This document shows, in pieces, positions 1 to 12,910 of a stretch of 64,000 nt of DNA. The notes beneath the pieces were generated by a model, which saw only the letters and a program-made list of their open reading frames with translations, searched no databases and had not been told where the DNA came from. Every line of letters starts with the position of its first letter. The first letter of the stretch is position 1. This DNA comes from Macrostomum lignano (Eukaryota), in contig NIVC01001119.1 in the NCBI GenBank assembly GCA_002269645.1, positions 186,001-250,000 of the forward strand. Reading direction: 5' to 3'. Position numbers and translations under genes: made by a program.

Positions 1-283
<283 letters not shown>

Positions 284-888
284 GTCTTTCGGTGTGACAT
301 CAGCATCAATCATCATCTATACATACTGGCTATGAAACCAGCTAAAGATTTTTTTTCAAGGATTCAAATCATGCTCACGTTGAACTCATACAAATAAAGC
401 ACAACAAGTTTCAAGTCTTTATATGGAATAATTGTAGTAAAAATAAATAGCTTTTGGGTGCAGTTTTTCGACTAAATTGTTAACAAGCTCTACAAAATTC
501 TCAAAAAGAATTAAACTTATGATATATCTATCTACTAAGGAAAGAATAAGGACTACATGCACAAGATATCGACTGCTCTGAGCCGCAGCGCTGTTGCGGT
601 AATCACGTGACTTTAAATTAAAATGTACATCGGATTAAAAGAGAAAAGGTGCCTATAATAAAGTGTACGAGTTAGCTTGTATTTACGAGTACACTGTGCC
701 AAATGAACATCAAGGTCCACAATAAAATATTTTATGTAAATAATTGCAAGAAGCATTCTGTCCATTCTGCTGACTCATGAGTACATGCAAGTGCGCCAAT
801 GCTGTTACACAGACACGAACTCATACACAACGCTCACACAGGGTGTACTGCTATTGGGGGGGGGCGGAGTCATCAGGTGACGAATCTA

Positions 889-1127
<239 letters not shown>

Positions 1128-1203
1128 GAGGGGTCAGCGGAATTGGAATGCCCTTAGAAAACAAGCTAACTAACAAACCCGAGCGCTGGCTGCCTCCCAG
1201 AGT

Positions 1204-1771
1204 CTACTGAAGCTCAATAGTCAAGCTCTGTCTTCGCCTTCTTGTTGGTCTGAGCAACAGCAGCTGCATTTGCTCTTCGCGAGATTCAGCAGCAGAAGCA
1301 GCAGAAGCAGCACTGGGCTCTCTAAACTTAGCTCGCCGATTTTCTGCTGCAGATCTTCGCTGGGATTTTCGTCTGACCATCAGTTGCGTTGAAAACTGAG
1401 CAATAGACAGGAGCAGCAGCAGGGCCAGCAGCAGGTCGCCGCCTCCTCCGGCGCTGTCAATCCAACCTGCCCGCACCGCTTCCAGAGTTGCTATGGCAAC
1501 ACCGTTCGACAGCCTGGTGAAGGGGAACATGTAGCGAGAGGGCACTCCGGTTGCTTCCTCGGAGGCCGCGTAGGCGAAGGTGTTGAAGCAGCCGACCCCA
1601 ATGCCGCAGGCTAGGGAGAAGGGCCACTGCAAGCTGCCGGGGTCGTTAAGTACACCTAGCCAGCCAATCAGAGAGCAGAGAACAGTAAGAGAGCCGAGCA
1701 TGTACACCTGGATGTTTGCAGTTGGTGCTATTTGTCAGATTAATTCTGCTATAATCAACCAATGTGTAGTC

Positions 1772-1844
<73 letters not shown>

Positions 1845-4096
1845 ATCGATCAGTCAATCAATCGATTAACCAACCAATCAATTAGCAATCAATCAATCAA
1901 TCAATCGATCAATCAGTCAATCAATCAATTAATTAACCAACCAATCAATTAGCAATCAATCAATCAATCAATCGATCAATCAGTCAATCAATCGATTAAC
2001 CAACCAATCAATTAGCAATCAATCAATCAATCGATTAACCAACCAATCAATTAGCAATCAATCAATCAATCAATTAACAAAAAATCAATTAGCAATCAAT
2101 CAATCAATCAATCAATCAATTAAAAAACAATCAATCAGTCAAGGGGCACCCACCGTCAGCAGTTTTCCACCAGCCAGTAAGCCACCGAACGCACCGCCAG
2201 CCACAAAAGCCAAGCTGGAACCAGCCGAAAACGTCAGAGCGGCTGTCAGAGCCTCAGACGAGGACAGCCGCAGGGTGTCATTGTCAGACTGTTGATGAGA
2301 CAAGGCGACAGGCGGAGGCCGCTGCTGTACGGAACTGATGAGGCCAGAGCGAAGAAGCAGAAGCAGGAACAGTCCGTCTGAGATCAGAGCGGCAACTAAG
2401 CGTTCGAGCAGCCACAGCAGCACAGTGCGACTTTTGTCGAACTCCTCCTTGAGTTTGAGTACAATGAGTCATGGATGCTCAATTCAAGTTATTTGTGGGA
2501 GGAGGATCTAATGCCAATGTGATTCAGATTTTCATTTCGACTGGGATTTCAAATAGACTGTCAAATATGATTTCTATTAGGATTTTTCAGACTTTCTATT
2601 AGAATTTCCATTAGGATTTCTGTTAGAATTTCTATTTGGATGTCTGTTGGAATTTCTATTAGGATTTCTATACGATTTCTATTAGGATGTCTATTAGAAT
2701 TTCCATTAGGCCTTCTATTAGGAATTCTATTAGGACTTCTATTAGGACTTCTATTAAGACTTCTATTAGGACTTCTATTAGGACTTCTATTAGGACTTCT
2801 ATTAGGACTTCTATTAGGATTTCTATTAGATTTTCCATTAGGATTTCCATTAGGATTTCCATTTGGATTTCTAGGATGCGGTTGAAATGCGAAGGGGATC
2901 GGGATGCAGAAGCTAGTGGATTATGACAAATTTAAACAGACCGCAAATTTCGCACCTGAGACAAACTCAATAGGCGATTAGGCCAATCTCTTCTCTCTCG
3001 AATTCTGTCAATAACGCTCCCGTTTAACTGCGTCCCCACGTTGCTATCCGCCTTAGCCGCTGCCCGCTGCCACCTCCTGCTTGGTCTGCGAGAGAAGAGC
3101 GCCACCCCCAGCAGAGCCACCGCGCACTGACCGCCACCCAACGCGTAGAAGCCGCCTGTCCATCCAATTCTCGCCAGTAGCTGAGCAAATCCTGTCAACA
3201 GAAAAAATGCAGCTAACGAATTTCCCTGAGAAAATGTGGTGGCCAACACTCGCAGGCGGCTGGTTTCCGGGAAATGATCGTCTATGGCCAGGGCTAGGAC
3301 GGCCAGAGCGATAGAGCTCGCCGTACCGGATAGGACTGCGTCGGTTAGGACCAGGTGACCGGGATCGGAGAGTCCCGCTGACAGGACGCAGGACGTCAGA
3401 GAGAGAATGCCGACTACAGCTGAGCAGAGCCTGTAGCTTATCTGTCAGGCGGGAGTTGAGGATGTACTTTTAGCTGAGTGAGTGAGTCTCTATCCAATCA
3501 GGTGAGTCTCTATCCAATCAGGTGAGTCTCTATCCAATCAGGTGAGTCTCTATCCAATCAGGTGAGTCTCTATCCAATCAGGTGAGTCTCTATCCAATCA
3601 GGTGAGTCTCTATCCAATCAGGTGAGTCTCTATCCAATCAGGTGAGTCTCTATCCAATCAGGTGAGTCTCTATCCAATCAGGTGAGTCTCTATCCAATCA
3701 GGTGAGTCTTATATTCAATTAGGTGAATTATAAGCACCGCAGTTTTCAAAGTACATTAAGCCGCAAACTATAATGCTGAATGTACGTCACCTTAAACAGA
3801 TCGATAACTCCAGACCACAGCGGTACGAACAGGAACACAACAGCGCTGTGACTGCAAACCAGCCAATGCATCGCCTGCCTGTCGCCGTGCATGTAGTCGG
3901 CTGGCACCTGGCTTTGCAGATTCGCCACCAGAAGATTTCGGCATCGAATGCTGAATCCAATAAAAGCAGACCAGAGCAGGCCGGTGCAAATGAGGGAACA
4001 GGCGTGCAGCTGGCTCAGGGCATTCGCTGGCTCTGATGTTGAAGAAGAACTCGAAGCAGAAGACGATTGTTGTTCCAATCTTCGATAGGCTGACAT
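1204..4096 (-). CDS. MFS transporter, SLC16/monocarboxylate-transporter-like, 4 exons, about 529 aa
   Basis: Exons 4096-3791, 3441-2956, 2447-2154 and 1707-1204 join in frame through GT-AG phase-0 introns (1590 nt). Many hydrophobic helices; the segment LTDAVLSGTASSIALAVLALAIDDHFPETSRLRVLATTFSQG resembles the MCT TM4-5 region. Confidence 0.75.
1773..2137. repeat. (CAAT)n-based intronic microsatellite
   Basis: Fills intron 3 of the MFS gene. Confidence 0.95.
2560..2875. repeat. 12-bp minisatellite (TTCTATTAGGAC), intronic
   Basis: Tandem copies in MFS intron 2; source of the spurious LLGLLLG and IEVL ORFs. Confidence 0.93.
3477..3712. repeat. 20-bp minisatellite (GTGAGTCTCTATCCAATCAG), about 11-12 copies
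   Basis: Perfect tandem copies in MFS intron 1. Confidence 0.97.
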
Positions 4097-4724
4097 GATT
4101 TTTTTTGCCACAGAAAAATGTACGAATTGTTCGTTACCGTAGCTGCGATTGAGTTGCTATGCTTCTTTTATGAGCAATTTCTTATCTTCTGCATACAGTA
4201 CCAGTATGTAGACGCCTTTGCCTTTAACTGGGTGTACAATTTCGATTTTGCACGCTATATTACAAAAGTAGGTCTGCTAACGTGACTTGTTGGTGAATGT
4301 GCCAATGGGTAATAAGACACTGATAAGAATTATGTGTATAAGCGTGGCACTGCATGCACAGTGCCTGTACACGTTTATAGCTCATACTTGTACGATCGTA
4401 CGTAAGGCGGCCATTAATATGCGTGTATACTAATGAATTGAAGCTTATACTTCTTTCGGAGGCTTGATGTAACTTCAGAGCTGTCGATCTACACACAGCC
4501 ATGCAAAACGATGGTCATAAGAAAGTCCGGGAAGCGATGTAAACTAAACAGATTCCGCGGTATACGCGGCCACATTCGTTGGGGCTTGGAAGCACGAAGA
4601 CACGGAGAGTGTACATTCCGCGGACGATTAGAGAGTGAGGATCGCTGTACACTTTGTGTGAGCGTGTGAATGAGTGCTTGCGTTTGTATCCGCTCAAGAA
4701 CAGCGGAATGGAGGTCTACGGGCA

Positions 4725-5298
4725 TTTACGTCTATATAGTCTACAGAAATTTACGTCTAGAGTCTACAGTCGTCTACTTCTTAGTCTACAGACGATTACT
4801 TCTATAGAGTCTACAGACATTTACGTCTAGAGTCTGCAGACATCTACTTCTTAGTCTACAGACGACTACTTCTATAGAGTCTACAGAAATTTACGTCTAG
4901 AGTCTACAGACGTCTACTTCTTAGTCTACAGACGATTACTTCTATAGAGTCTACAGACATTTACGTCTAGAGTCTACAGACGTCTACTTCTTAGTCTACA
5001 GACGACTACTTCTATAGAGTCTACAGACGATTACTTCTATAGAGTCTACAGACGTCTACTTCTTAGTCTACAGACAATTACTTCTATAGAGTCTACAGAC
5101 GATTACTTCTATAGAGTCTACAGACGTCTACTTCTTAGTCTACAGACGACTACTTCTATAAAGTCTACAGACGACTACTTCTATAGAGTCTACAGACGAT
5201 TACTTCTATAGAGTCTACAGACAATTACTTCTATAGTCTACAGACGATTACTTCTATAGAGTCTACAGACGTTTACTTCTATAGTCTATAGACGTACA
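4725..5298. repeat. About 24-26-bp minisatellite (AGTCTACAGACGACTACTTCTATAG variants)
   Basis: Tandem variants between the MFS gene and RPL18. Confidence 0.93.
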
Positions 5299-5727
5299 GA
5301 CTTCATGAATTTAAGCTCAAATTTGACTAATGTCAATAATTAAACTTATTGATACTTCAAACATAAACGTTTGGCATCCAGGGTCCGAGTTCAGGGTGCA
5401 AAATTTTAACGCTAATGTACCACGTGACAAACGCTATGACAAAAAACCCAGCATATAATCCGTCCATCAAGTATTTTCATAGATGATCAATTTTAACCCG
5501 TTGAAACACGAACAGAGAAGAAACAAGAATTCGGGCACTTAAACCAAATTAAGATTTTTTAATCCACGCTTGCAACAACGTCACCAATGAGCAACCTTCT
5601 TCCAACAGCAAGTGTATTTATCGGTGTGGTTAATTATAACAACTCGACTAAGCTGCTGGTCTCCAAGAGCAATAACTGTTTTCAATCAATTTTTCAGTCG
5701 GCTAGGACTCTCTCACTCCTCTTAGTC

Positions 5728-8539
5728 TTAGTTGGTGAAACCGCGCGAAGCCCGGCGACCGCGGGCCTTCTCAAATTTGCGACCCTTCGATCGGACCACC
5801 GGCTTGGTGTGCGAGTGCGGCACCCCCGGCGGCCGGCCGAAATGCCGCTGGGCGGCCCGCTTTCTCGTGCCCTGCACCAGCAGCGTGTTCTGGCCTTTGG
5901 GGGCCCGCCTGGCCAGCTCGTCGAAGGTGATGATCTCTCCGCCGGCTGCCAGGAGGCGGGCGCGAGCCTTCTCAGTAACCCGCAGGGCGCACAGGGTCAC
6001 CTGCGGTAAGAGATTAATAGGTCAAGAAAGATTTTAATTGACTATTCAAATCTCAACTATAGTAATAAGAGCTACTAACGCCAATACTTAAGTCGAAGCT
6101 TTGGCGCCACAGTAGCCTAGCTAAGATTTTGGCGCCACAGTAGTCTAGCTAAGATTTTGGCGCCACAGTAGTCTAGCTAAGATTTTGGCGCCACAGTAGC
6201 CTAGCTAAGATTTTGGCGCCACAGTAGTCTAGCTAAGATTTTGGCGCCACAGTAGCCTAGCTAAGATTTTGGCGCCACAGTAGCCTAGCTAAGATTTTGG
6301 CGCCACAGTCGCCTAAGTTTTGGCACCTCAGTAGCTTGTCTTTGGCGCCACAGAAACTCGAGCTTTGGCGCCACAGTAGCCTAATTTTGGCGCCACAGTA
6401 TGCTGATTTTTCGTACCACAGTAGCTTTATTTTTTTGGCGCCCAAAACAATCTTACTTTTCTCCGCCATAGTACCGGGTGTCCGGATTGAACGGAAACGC
6501 TGCTGATTTTTTGAATATTTTTTGCAATTTCTCAGCAAGACAAGCAGCTGTACCATTTATTTTTGACAACAGTAAACAGGAAGGTGTCAGCATTGTTCTC
6601 ATTCAAAATGGCCGCCATTGGCCGCGATCACGCGCTCCAGCCTCTTCCTGAACTGCTGGCACACCTTCCTCACATAGTTGGTGTCCATTCTCTCCCACGC
6701 CAGCCGAACAGCAGCCTGCAGCGCTTCCACACTGCTGTGGCAGGATCTGCAGGCCTCGCTCTCCACACGCTGCCAGATTGAGAAGTCCAGCGGATTCAGG
6801 TCCGGACTGGAGGGCGGCCACATCGTCTTCGGCCAGAAGTTCGCCATGTTGTCTGCCAAGAACTGCTGGGTTGTGGCCGCTGTGTGAGCCGGAGCACCGT
6901 CCTGCTGCCACACGTACTGTCCGTCAGGGTACTGCTGATGCAGCCAAGGCAGCACGTGCTGCTGCAGCAGCTGCTGGTAGCATGCAGCATTCACTTTGGT
7001 GCCTGGGTTGATGAAAATGGGGGGACACCTCCGTCCATCACTCGCAACGACGCCCAGCATCATGATGGAGGCCGGGTGCTTAGACTTCATACTGTACTTC
7101 ACGTGGGCAGGTGTGTCCGCGCTGCTGGCGGCGCTGATGTAGCGAGTGTTGCGCCTGTTCACGGCTTGGTCACAGGTGAACAGTTTCTCGTCGCTGAACA
7201 CGCGCACCAGCGAGCCGTGGTTCTTCACCCACGTGAGCAACTGCCTGCACCGCTTGAGACGCGATACCTTCTGCTTCGAAGTGATGAGGTTCTTCGGCAC
7301 CACCACCCTGGACACCATGCCGAGGTCTTCTTTGACGAGCTCCGACATTGTCGTCTTGCTCATGTCGTGCTCACGTGCCAGTCGGCGAATCGACCTTCGG
7401 GGATTTCGGTTGACCTTCGCCCGGACGGCTGCGACGGTCTTCTTCGTCCTTTTTGTCCTCGGACGACCACCCCCATGTCTTTTGGTGACATCTCCTGTGT
7501 CGTTCAGCAGCTTCCTCACAGTGAAAATCCTCTTTCTGCTCACATTGAGCACTTCTCTGATGTCGCTAGTTGACTTTCCAGCGCAAAGTAATTCAGCGAT
7601 TGCTCGTCTTTGAGCCTCGTGCTCAGCCATGGTTAGGAATAAAGCTGCAAGAGTGGATGTATTAAATTCTGTGATTTCTGCTGGTTCTGACACCAATGCA
7701 AAATTTTGAATTTTGCGAAAGATTACGTAATTAACGACGTTTTAAGCAGCGTTTCCGTTCAATCCGGACACCCGGTACTCGTAGCTTAAGTTTTGGCGTC
7801 TAAGTAGTCTAATTTTGGCGCCACAGTATCTTACGCTACAGTAGCCCAAGTTTTGGAGCCTCAGTGCCTATTTTTGGCGCCACAGTAACTAAGCTTTGGC
7901 GCCATAGTAGCTTGAGTTTTGGCACCACAGTCAGAAGCTTCATTTTGGCACTACAGTAACTAAGCTTTGGCGCCACAGTAACTAAGCTTTGGCACCACAG
8001 TAACTAAGCTTTGGCGCCACAGTAACTAAGCTTTGGCGCCACAGTAACTAAGCTTTGGCGCCACAGTAGCTTGAGTTTTGGCACCACAGTCAGAAGCTTC
8101 ATTTTTGGCGCCAACGTAGCCCAAGTTTAGGCGCCACAGTAGTCCAAGTCTTGGCGCTAGAGTAGCTTAAGTATTTGGCGCCACAGTAGGCTAAAGTAAA
8201 CCTGAATAAAGAACAATAACCATCCAAATTAGTCAGACAACAACAAACCTTGGGCACAGTCTGCACCCGAGAGTCGTTAGTAACGGTTCCCACGGTGACA
8301 ACAATGCGGCCCTCGCGATTCGGTTTGCGCAGCATTCGGCCCAGACGAGCCAGAGACAGCGGGCCCCGATTGGCCCGGCTCATGAACAGGCGGCGAAGGA
8401 TGATCTTGTTGAATTTGGCGCCAGTGCGGCGGGCTAGGAATCGGTAGAGTTTCACCAGCAGGCGCAGATAGACATCGTCGGATTTCGGATTGGTGCGACG
8501 CACCTTGCGATCGTTCTTGTGGCAGATGTCAACGCCCAT
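5728..8539 (-). CDS. RPL18: 60S ribosomal protein L18 (eL18), 2 coding exons, 187 aa
   Basis: Exon 8539-8249 ([16 protein letters not shown]...VQTVPK) and exon 6000-5728 ([17 protein letters not shown]...[29 protein letters not shown]); AAG|GT and CAG|G sites, phase 0. Confidence 0.97.
6095..6470. repeat. TTTTGGCGCCACAGTAG-core minisatellite (about 28 bp), left part
   Basis: Same unit continues at 7780-8195 on the other side of the transposon. Confidence 0.9.
6474..7775 (-). mobile_element. Intact Tc1/mariner-superfamily DNA transposon, DD37D (maT) family, 1302 bp
   Basis: 31-bp perfect TIRs (CCGGGTGTCCGGATTGAACGGAAACGCTGCT), TA target duplication at 6472-6473 and 7776-7777, uninterrupted transposase ORF. 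Confidence 0.96.
6599..7630 (-). CDS. DD37D transposase, 343 aa from the ATG at 7630
   Basis: N-terminal HTH region; [13 protein letters not shown] and [12 protein letters not shown] motifs; 37 residues counted between the second and third Asp. Confidence 0.95.
   Translation of the reverse strand: MAEHEAQRRAIAELLCAGKSTSDIREVLNVSRKRIFTVRKLLNDTGDVTKRHGGGRPRTKRTKKTVAAVRAKVNRNPRRSIRRLAREHDMSKTTMSELVKEDLGMVSRVVVPKNLITSKQKVSRLKRCRQLLTWVKNHGSLVRVFSDEKLFTCDQAVNRRNTRYISAASSADTPAHVKYSMKSKHPASIMMLGVVASDGRRCPPIFINPGTKVNAACYQQLLQQHVLPWLHQQYPDGQYVWQQDGAPAHTAATTQQFLADNMANFWPKTMWPPSSPDLNPLDFSIWQRVESEACRSCHSSVEALQAAVRLAWERMDTNYVRKVCQQFRKRLERVIAANGGHFE
7780..8195. repeat. TTTTGGCGCCACAGTA-core minisatellite, right part
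   Basis: Continuation of the array split by the maT insertion. Confidence 0.9.
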
Positions 8540-9090
8540 TGCTGCGGGTTTTGATTAATCATTATGCGATCAATGTTTTGGCCCTAAAAATTGCCATTTT
8601 GCTTTAAATGTATTAAAAACCAATAGAAATGTTTCACTAAGCAGAAGCTGAGGACTCAACCCAAGTCTCAGCAGTAATGTATAAATGAAACAACAATAAA
8701 AATATAAACCCTTGTTAAATCAATATAGAAGCCTTGATTGCCAGCCCTTTGTTCTTATTAATGTCTAACTAACTGTTATAATACTTTAAAGACCATTGGA
8801 GCCCTTGATTTATTGGATTTAAGGAGATGAAATTAATGAATGTGGCCAGATTCAAAGCTTTTGTGAGGGAAATTATACACAAGCTATAGAGATTTAACTT
8901 TATTAAAAGTTATGGGAAGTTACAGGAAATAAATTAGCTACAGATACAGATATAGATATTAATAAATTTTTGTTGTGGTAGATATTTAGTAATACTTCAA
9001 TTAGAAGCCTTAGAGGTAAACAATCTGCTTTAAGTTAAAATTATTAAATTGATTTAGCTACTCATTTAAAAACTCAACCTTTCCACCTCA

Positions 9091-10413
9091 TAGAGCCTGA
9101 CCAGGATAGGAAAAATCTGATTGGGCAGGATTGAATTCAAAAAGTCGGGACTCAGGATTGGTCGGGATTGGGATAAAGATCTACCATTGGCATCCAGGCT
9201 TATTTAGGTATATGATGGCTAATGATGCATTTATTACTATAATATATAGGATAGTAGGCACATTTATTAATTTGTATTAGCAGGCCCTAGTCAAGTGATA
9301 ATACTACTACTATATTAGCCTAACTTGTAGTTTAGTATAAGTTGGTACTACTGAAGCAAGAGCCTAGACAAACTCAGGTTTTGGTCAAGTCAAGTACTTG
9401 ACCAAACTTTGACATAAACATATTCTAGAATCTAGGAAATCAAAATAACCTTGAAATAAAAAAAGAATTGTGGCAGACAGGTTGCCACCTTGATCATTAT
9501 TTTCTGTTAATAATTTTTAGAAAACTTAATTTTCTGCAAAATCATTATGTGCTCCAACCCCCAGAATTTTTGTTTTATTTCAACCCTTGCTTTTCACGTC
9601 ATCATCTTGGCCATTGACCTATCCCCATCCTAGTTTTATTTTCTCTATTTTCCCACCTGTGGCCTGTTTGTTTCCTTGCTCTTGGTTACTTAACTTTTTC
9701 AACATTATTTCTACGTGAATTATGCTCCTGTCCAACGTTCTGCCCTAATATTATAGCCTAATATTCAGCTAATAATAATAACAACTAACCACATTAATTT
9801 TCATTAATTAATTAATTAAGCCCATAGCCTATCTTGAGTACTTTGCCCGTGAGACATAAAATATCCAAACAGTTCTCATCTCACAGAAAGCTCTGGGACT
9901 AATTTGTTCCATAATACAAAAATTACAGTGGTGGCAGCTCTATCTTACTGATAGTAATTCAGCTAAACACATCTGATATACATTGACTTTGGTGTCAGAG
10001 ACCCAATTTGAACAATTGTGTCATTTAATATGCTGAATTGCAACCACAACTACCCTCCCCAGTAGCCGGAGTAAGAAAATTAGAGAAAATTTTGTGATTC
10101 ATCTGCGCAAATTCCGGAATAATTTATATAAGCTCAACGCCAGCAGAATTTCAAAACATCAAACTGCCCCAACAACTAGCCAAATTCTTTTTTCCACCCA
10201 CCTCAGAATCAATTTGGCATACTTGCCTCATTTAGTCCTTTCAAAATCTCTTCTAAATGATTTTTATAGTATACTTAAAATGTAAAAACTTTTTATTAAA
10301 CCTGCCCAACTTTTCCCAACTCCAAAACTTACTCCCAACATGGTCAAGAATCTAAAAAAACACCCAGGTCCCAACCAAGTCAGAATTGGGATTGGGATCC
10401 CAGTCGGGCTCTA
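9091..10413. mobile_element. Non-autonomous hAT-like element
   Basis: TIRs TAGAGCCTGACCAGGAT and TAGAGCCCGACTGGGAT; 8-bp TSD CCACCTCA (9083-9090) and CCACTTCA (10414-10421). Confidence 0.75.
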
Positions 10414-10986
10414 CCACTTCATACAGATATACACTAGCTTCTAACTAAGATAAGTTTGCCAAGATAGCAGATACTTCAAGTGATCCAAACAAAGCTTTAC
10501 TTTTTTAATGGAAATTTTCCCCCAAAGTAGCCTTATATCTTTATATTAAATCAAAATCACTATGGTTGAAACTACCAAATATAACTATTAGACTATAATA
10601 GAAACTTTGATATATCAAAATAGCTACAAGCACAAGGCTAATGATCGTAAAAAAAATAAAATAACCATAAAACCACAAAGCCACTAAAAGGTTTTAAATG
10701 ATTTTTAAATAGTCTAATTATGATTTTAGGCTTTAAATTGCAAAAAAAGATTGCTTATAATAAAACTGCATGGAATGGTCTTATAATATCCATAGTAGAT
10801 ATAATTCAAATAAATAAAGAAGCATTATTTTAACTATTGTATCAAGCCAAAAAGTCTAAAATACAAATCAAAAGTTGGATTTTAAAGTTAATAAAATAAT
10901 AAAAAATAGGCTTCATTAACTTTTTTTCTAGCTACTATTGATATATAAATAAAATGAAATAGATATATTATTCATCAATATATAAT

Positions 10987-11060
10987 ATGCTTGGGCACAA
11001 CCTAGGGATTCACCCAGCTATTTCTATTGGCAAGTGATTCCCAAGGTTGCACATGTATGA
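10987..11060 (+). mobile_element. Shortest copy of a hairpin-type interspersed element (family also at 22259 and 31879)
   Basis: ATGCTTGGGC-CAACCTAGGGATTCA...TGATTCCCAAGGTTG-CACATGTATGA; both ends shared with 31879-31992. Confidence 0.75.
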
Positions 11061-11941
11061 TATATAACTTTCTAAAAGTATGATTTTTCAAATATAATTA
11101 TAGTCTTAGTATAAAGTAATTGAATAGGAGTTCAAATCTTGAGGTCTTAAAATAATAAATGGCAAGAATTAACTTATTTTTATAAAAATTTAATATGTGA
11201 CCATTGTGATATACTAATTAAATCTAATTAATAGGTATAAGCATAAAATTAATATACAGGGTCTAGGCATAATATCATGTCATTTGCTAGAATGCTAGCA
11301 AATGACAGTATGCTAGAAAAATTGGCTATATGTTTGAACCAATTGCAAGGACTATTTAAGTAAAAAGACAAGAAATGTTGTATTTTTAGAAAATTTAAAA
11401 TGGAAGTAAAAGACATGTTTTTATTTTTTAGCATAAAAACTGTTTTTTCTTTGAATTGGAAGTAAACCTAATGTCATATTTTGATATTTTGTGCCTTTTT
11501 ATAGTCTTATTATCTACTATTAATAAAATAATATGTGATTGTTTTTTATTAGGGACCTTTATTAGGCCTAGGGCCTACTCTATTAAATTTAAAAATATTT
11601 TTTAACTAAAAATGCTTTTTGATAAAATGTATACTATAATCTTCCACTTAAAGTAGAAGCTTATGTTATAATAAATTTGTTTAAATATAATATAATATAC
11701 TTTATGTAATAACAATCGCTGTAATGGTTGACTAGCCAATGTTAGCTTGTCACATTTAATTATTAATTGTTTTTGGTCTAACCTTGCTTATTATTTGTCT
11801 ACACCAGTATACCTATCATCTCTTTTTAAAGTAGGCCCTAGGCCTATTATAAATGTATATATAGAGCCTTAGAAGCTTTTTAAGCAAATATTTTCTTGCT
11901 CTTATACACCCTACTGCCTTAGGGCCTAGTTGTTAAATCTA

Positions 11942-12242
11942 GGCAATGGCTAAAGTTCCGGCACCGGAACCCATTTTCTAATGGCTACGGATCTAGCAGT
12001 GCCATTATAATATAGATGAAACAATATATTTTTCTTTCTACATGTGGCTGATATTGAGATTTTGTTCTACATTAAAATTTAAGACAATATGATAAGATTC
12101 AGGACGAGATGCTTCTAATATCCAGTCTTCTTAAGATATGTTCTTAGCAGTCTTTATTTATATGCTTCTATAGGCCCTACTGCACTGCCGGATCCCTAGC
12201 TGTTAGAAAACGGGTTCCAGTGCCGGAACTCTAGCCATTACC
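11942..12242. mobile_element. 301-bp MITE with 9-bp TSD (Mutator- or Merlin-type)
   Basis: About 60-bp imperfect TIRs starting GGCAATGG/GGTAATGG; perfect 9-bp TSD TTAAATCTA at 11933-11941 and 12243-12251. Confidence 0.85.
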
Positions 12243-12636
12243 TTAAATCTAATAGGCCCTAAATTATTCATGGGGCTCATGGCTAGGTAGGGCCTAGGGT
12301 TTTCTTTTTGGCCAGAGAAAAGATACAAAATTGCACCTTATGCTCACTTTCGTCTTTCAGGGTGCAATTTTACAACTTGGGGTACAATTTTTCTTTTTTT
12401 AAAGGCAGTGCAAATGAGGCTTCAGTGGAAAAATAGGTTAGGAGACCATACCTAAACTGCACCCACTTCAATTTCAATGTGCAATTTTAAAATTTAGGGT
12501 GCATTATATGCACACTAGGTGGCAATCTTTTACTTTACTGCATTTAATTATTTTAATGGTTCTTTTAAATTTCAGAACATAAAGATAGTAGGAGGATAAA
12601 AGGTAAGTGTCTTTAAGTGTCAGGTAAATCAATTAG

Positions 12637-12910
12637 TCAATAATAATAAGCCACCCAGTATAGGAAGTTGCCAAACTCCTTTCCAGGAAAGAGATAGGCC
12701 TAGCGCCAGAGATACTCGCTGAGATGGCTTTCAAACAGAGCTTTGGAAGTGCCATGCATCACCTAGATTCTTGGAACTTTGCCTTGACATGGGCCCACGA
12801 CCCCTCAATGGTGTTTGTGTGGATCAATGGCCAATGGGTCGTTAGGGTTGGAAAAATGGAGTTGATGATTCACGACATCGTGGTTCTGCAAGTCATTGTA
12901 GGCCTCCCAT
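12637..12910 (-). pseudogene. Merlin (IS1595/ISXO2-like) transposase relic, C-terminal exon
   Basis: Across frameshifts and stops it reads WEAYNDL..VVNHQLHF..HTNTIEGSWAHVKAK..GTSKALFESHLSEYLWR..GKEFGNFLYWVAYYY*, matching the ISXO2/Merlin DDE C-terminal motifs. Preceded by a TTTTCTTTAG acceptor. Confidence 0.8.

Noticed and set aside
5841-5880. RPL18 appears one residue shorter at [12 protein letters not shown]
   Set aside because: An in-frame single-codon difference in a variable spot; not evidence of pseudogenisation.
6884-7613. Plus-strand ORFs of 229 and 155 aa overlapping the transposase
   Set aside because: Antisense shadows of a GC-rich coding sequence.
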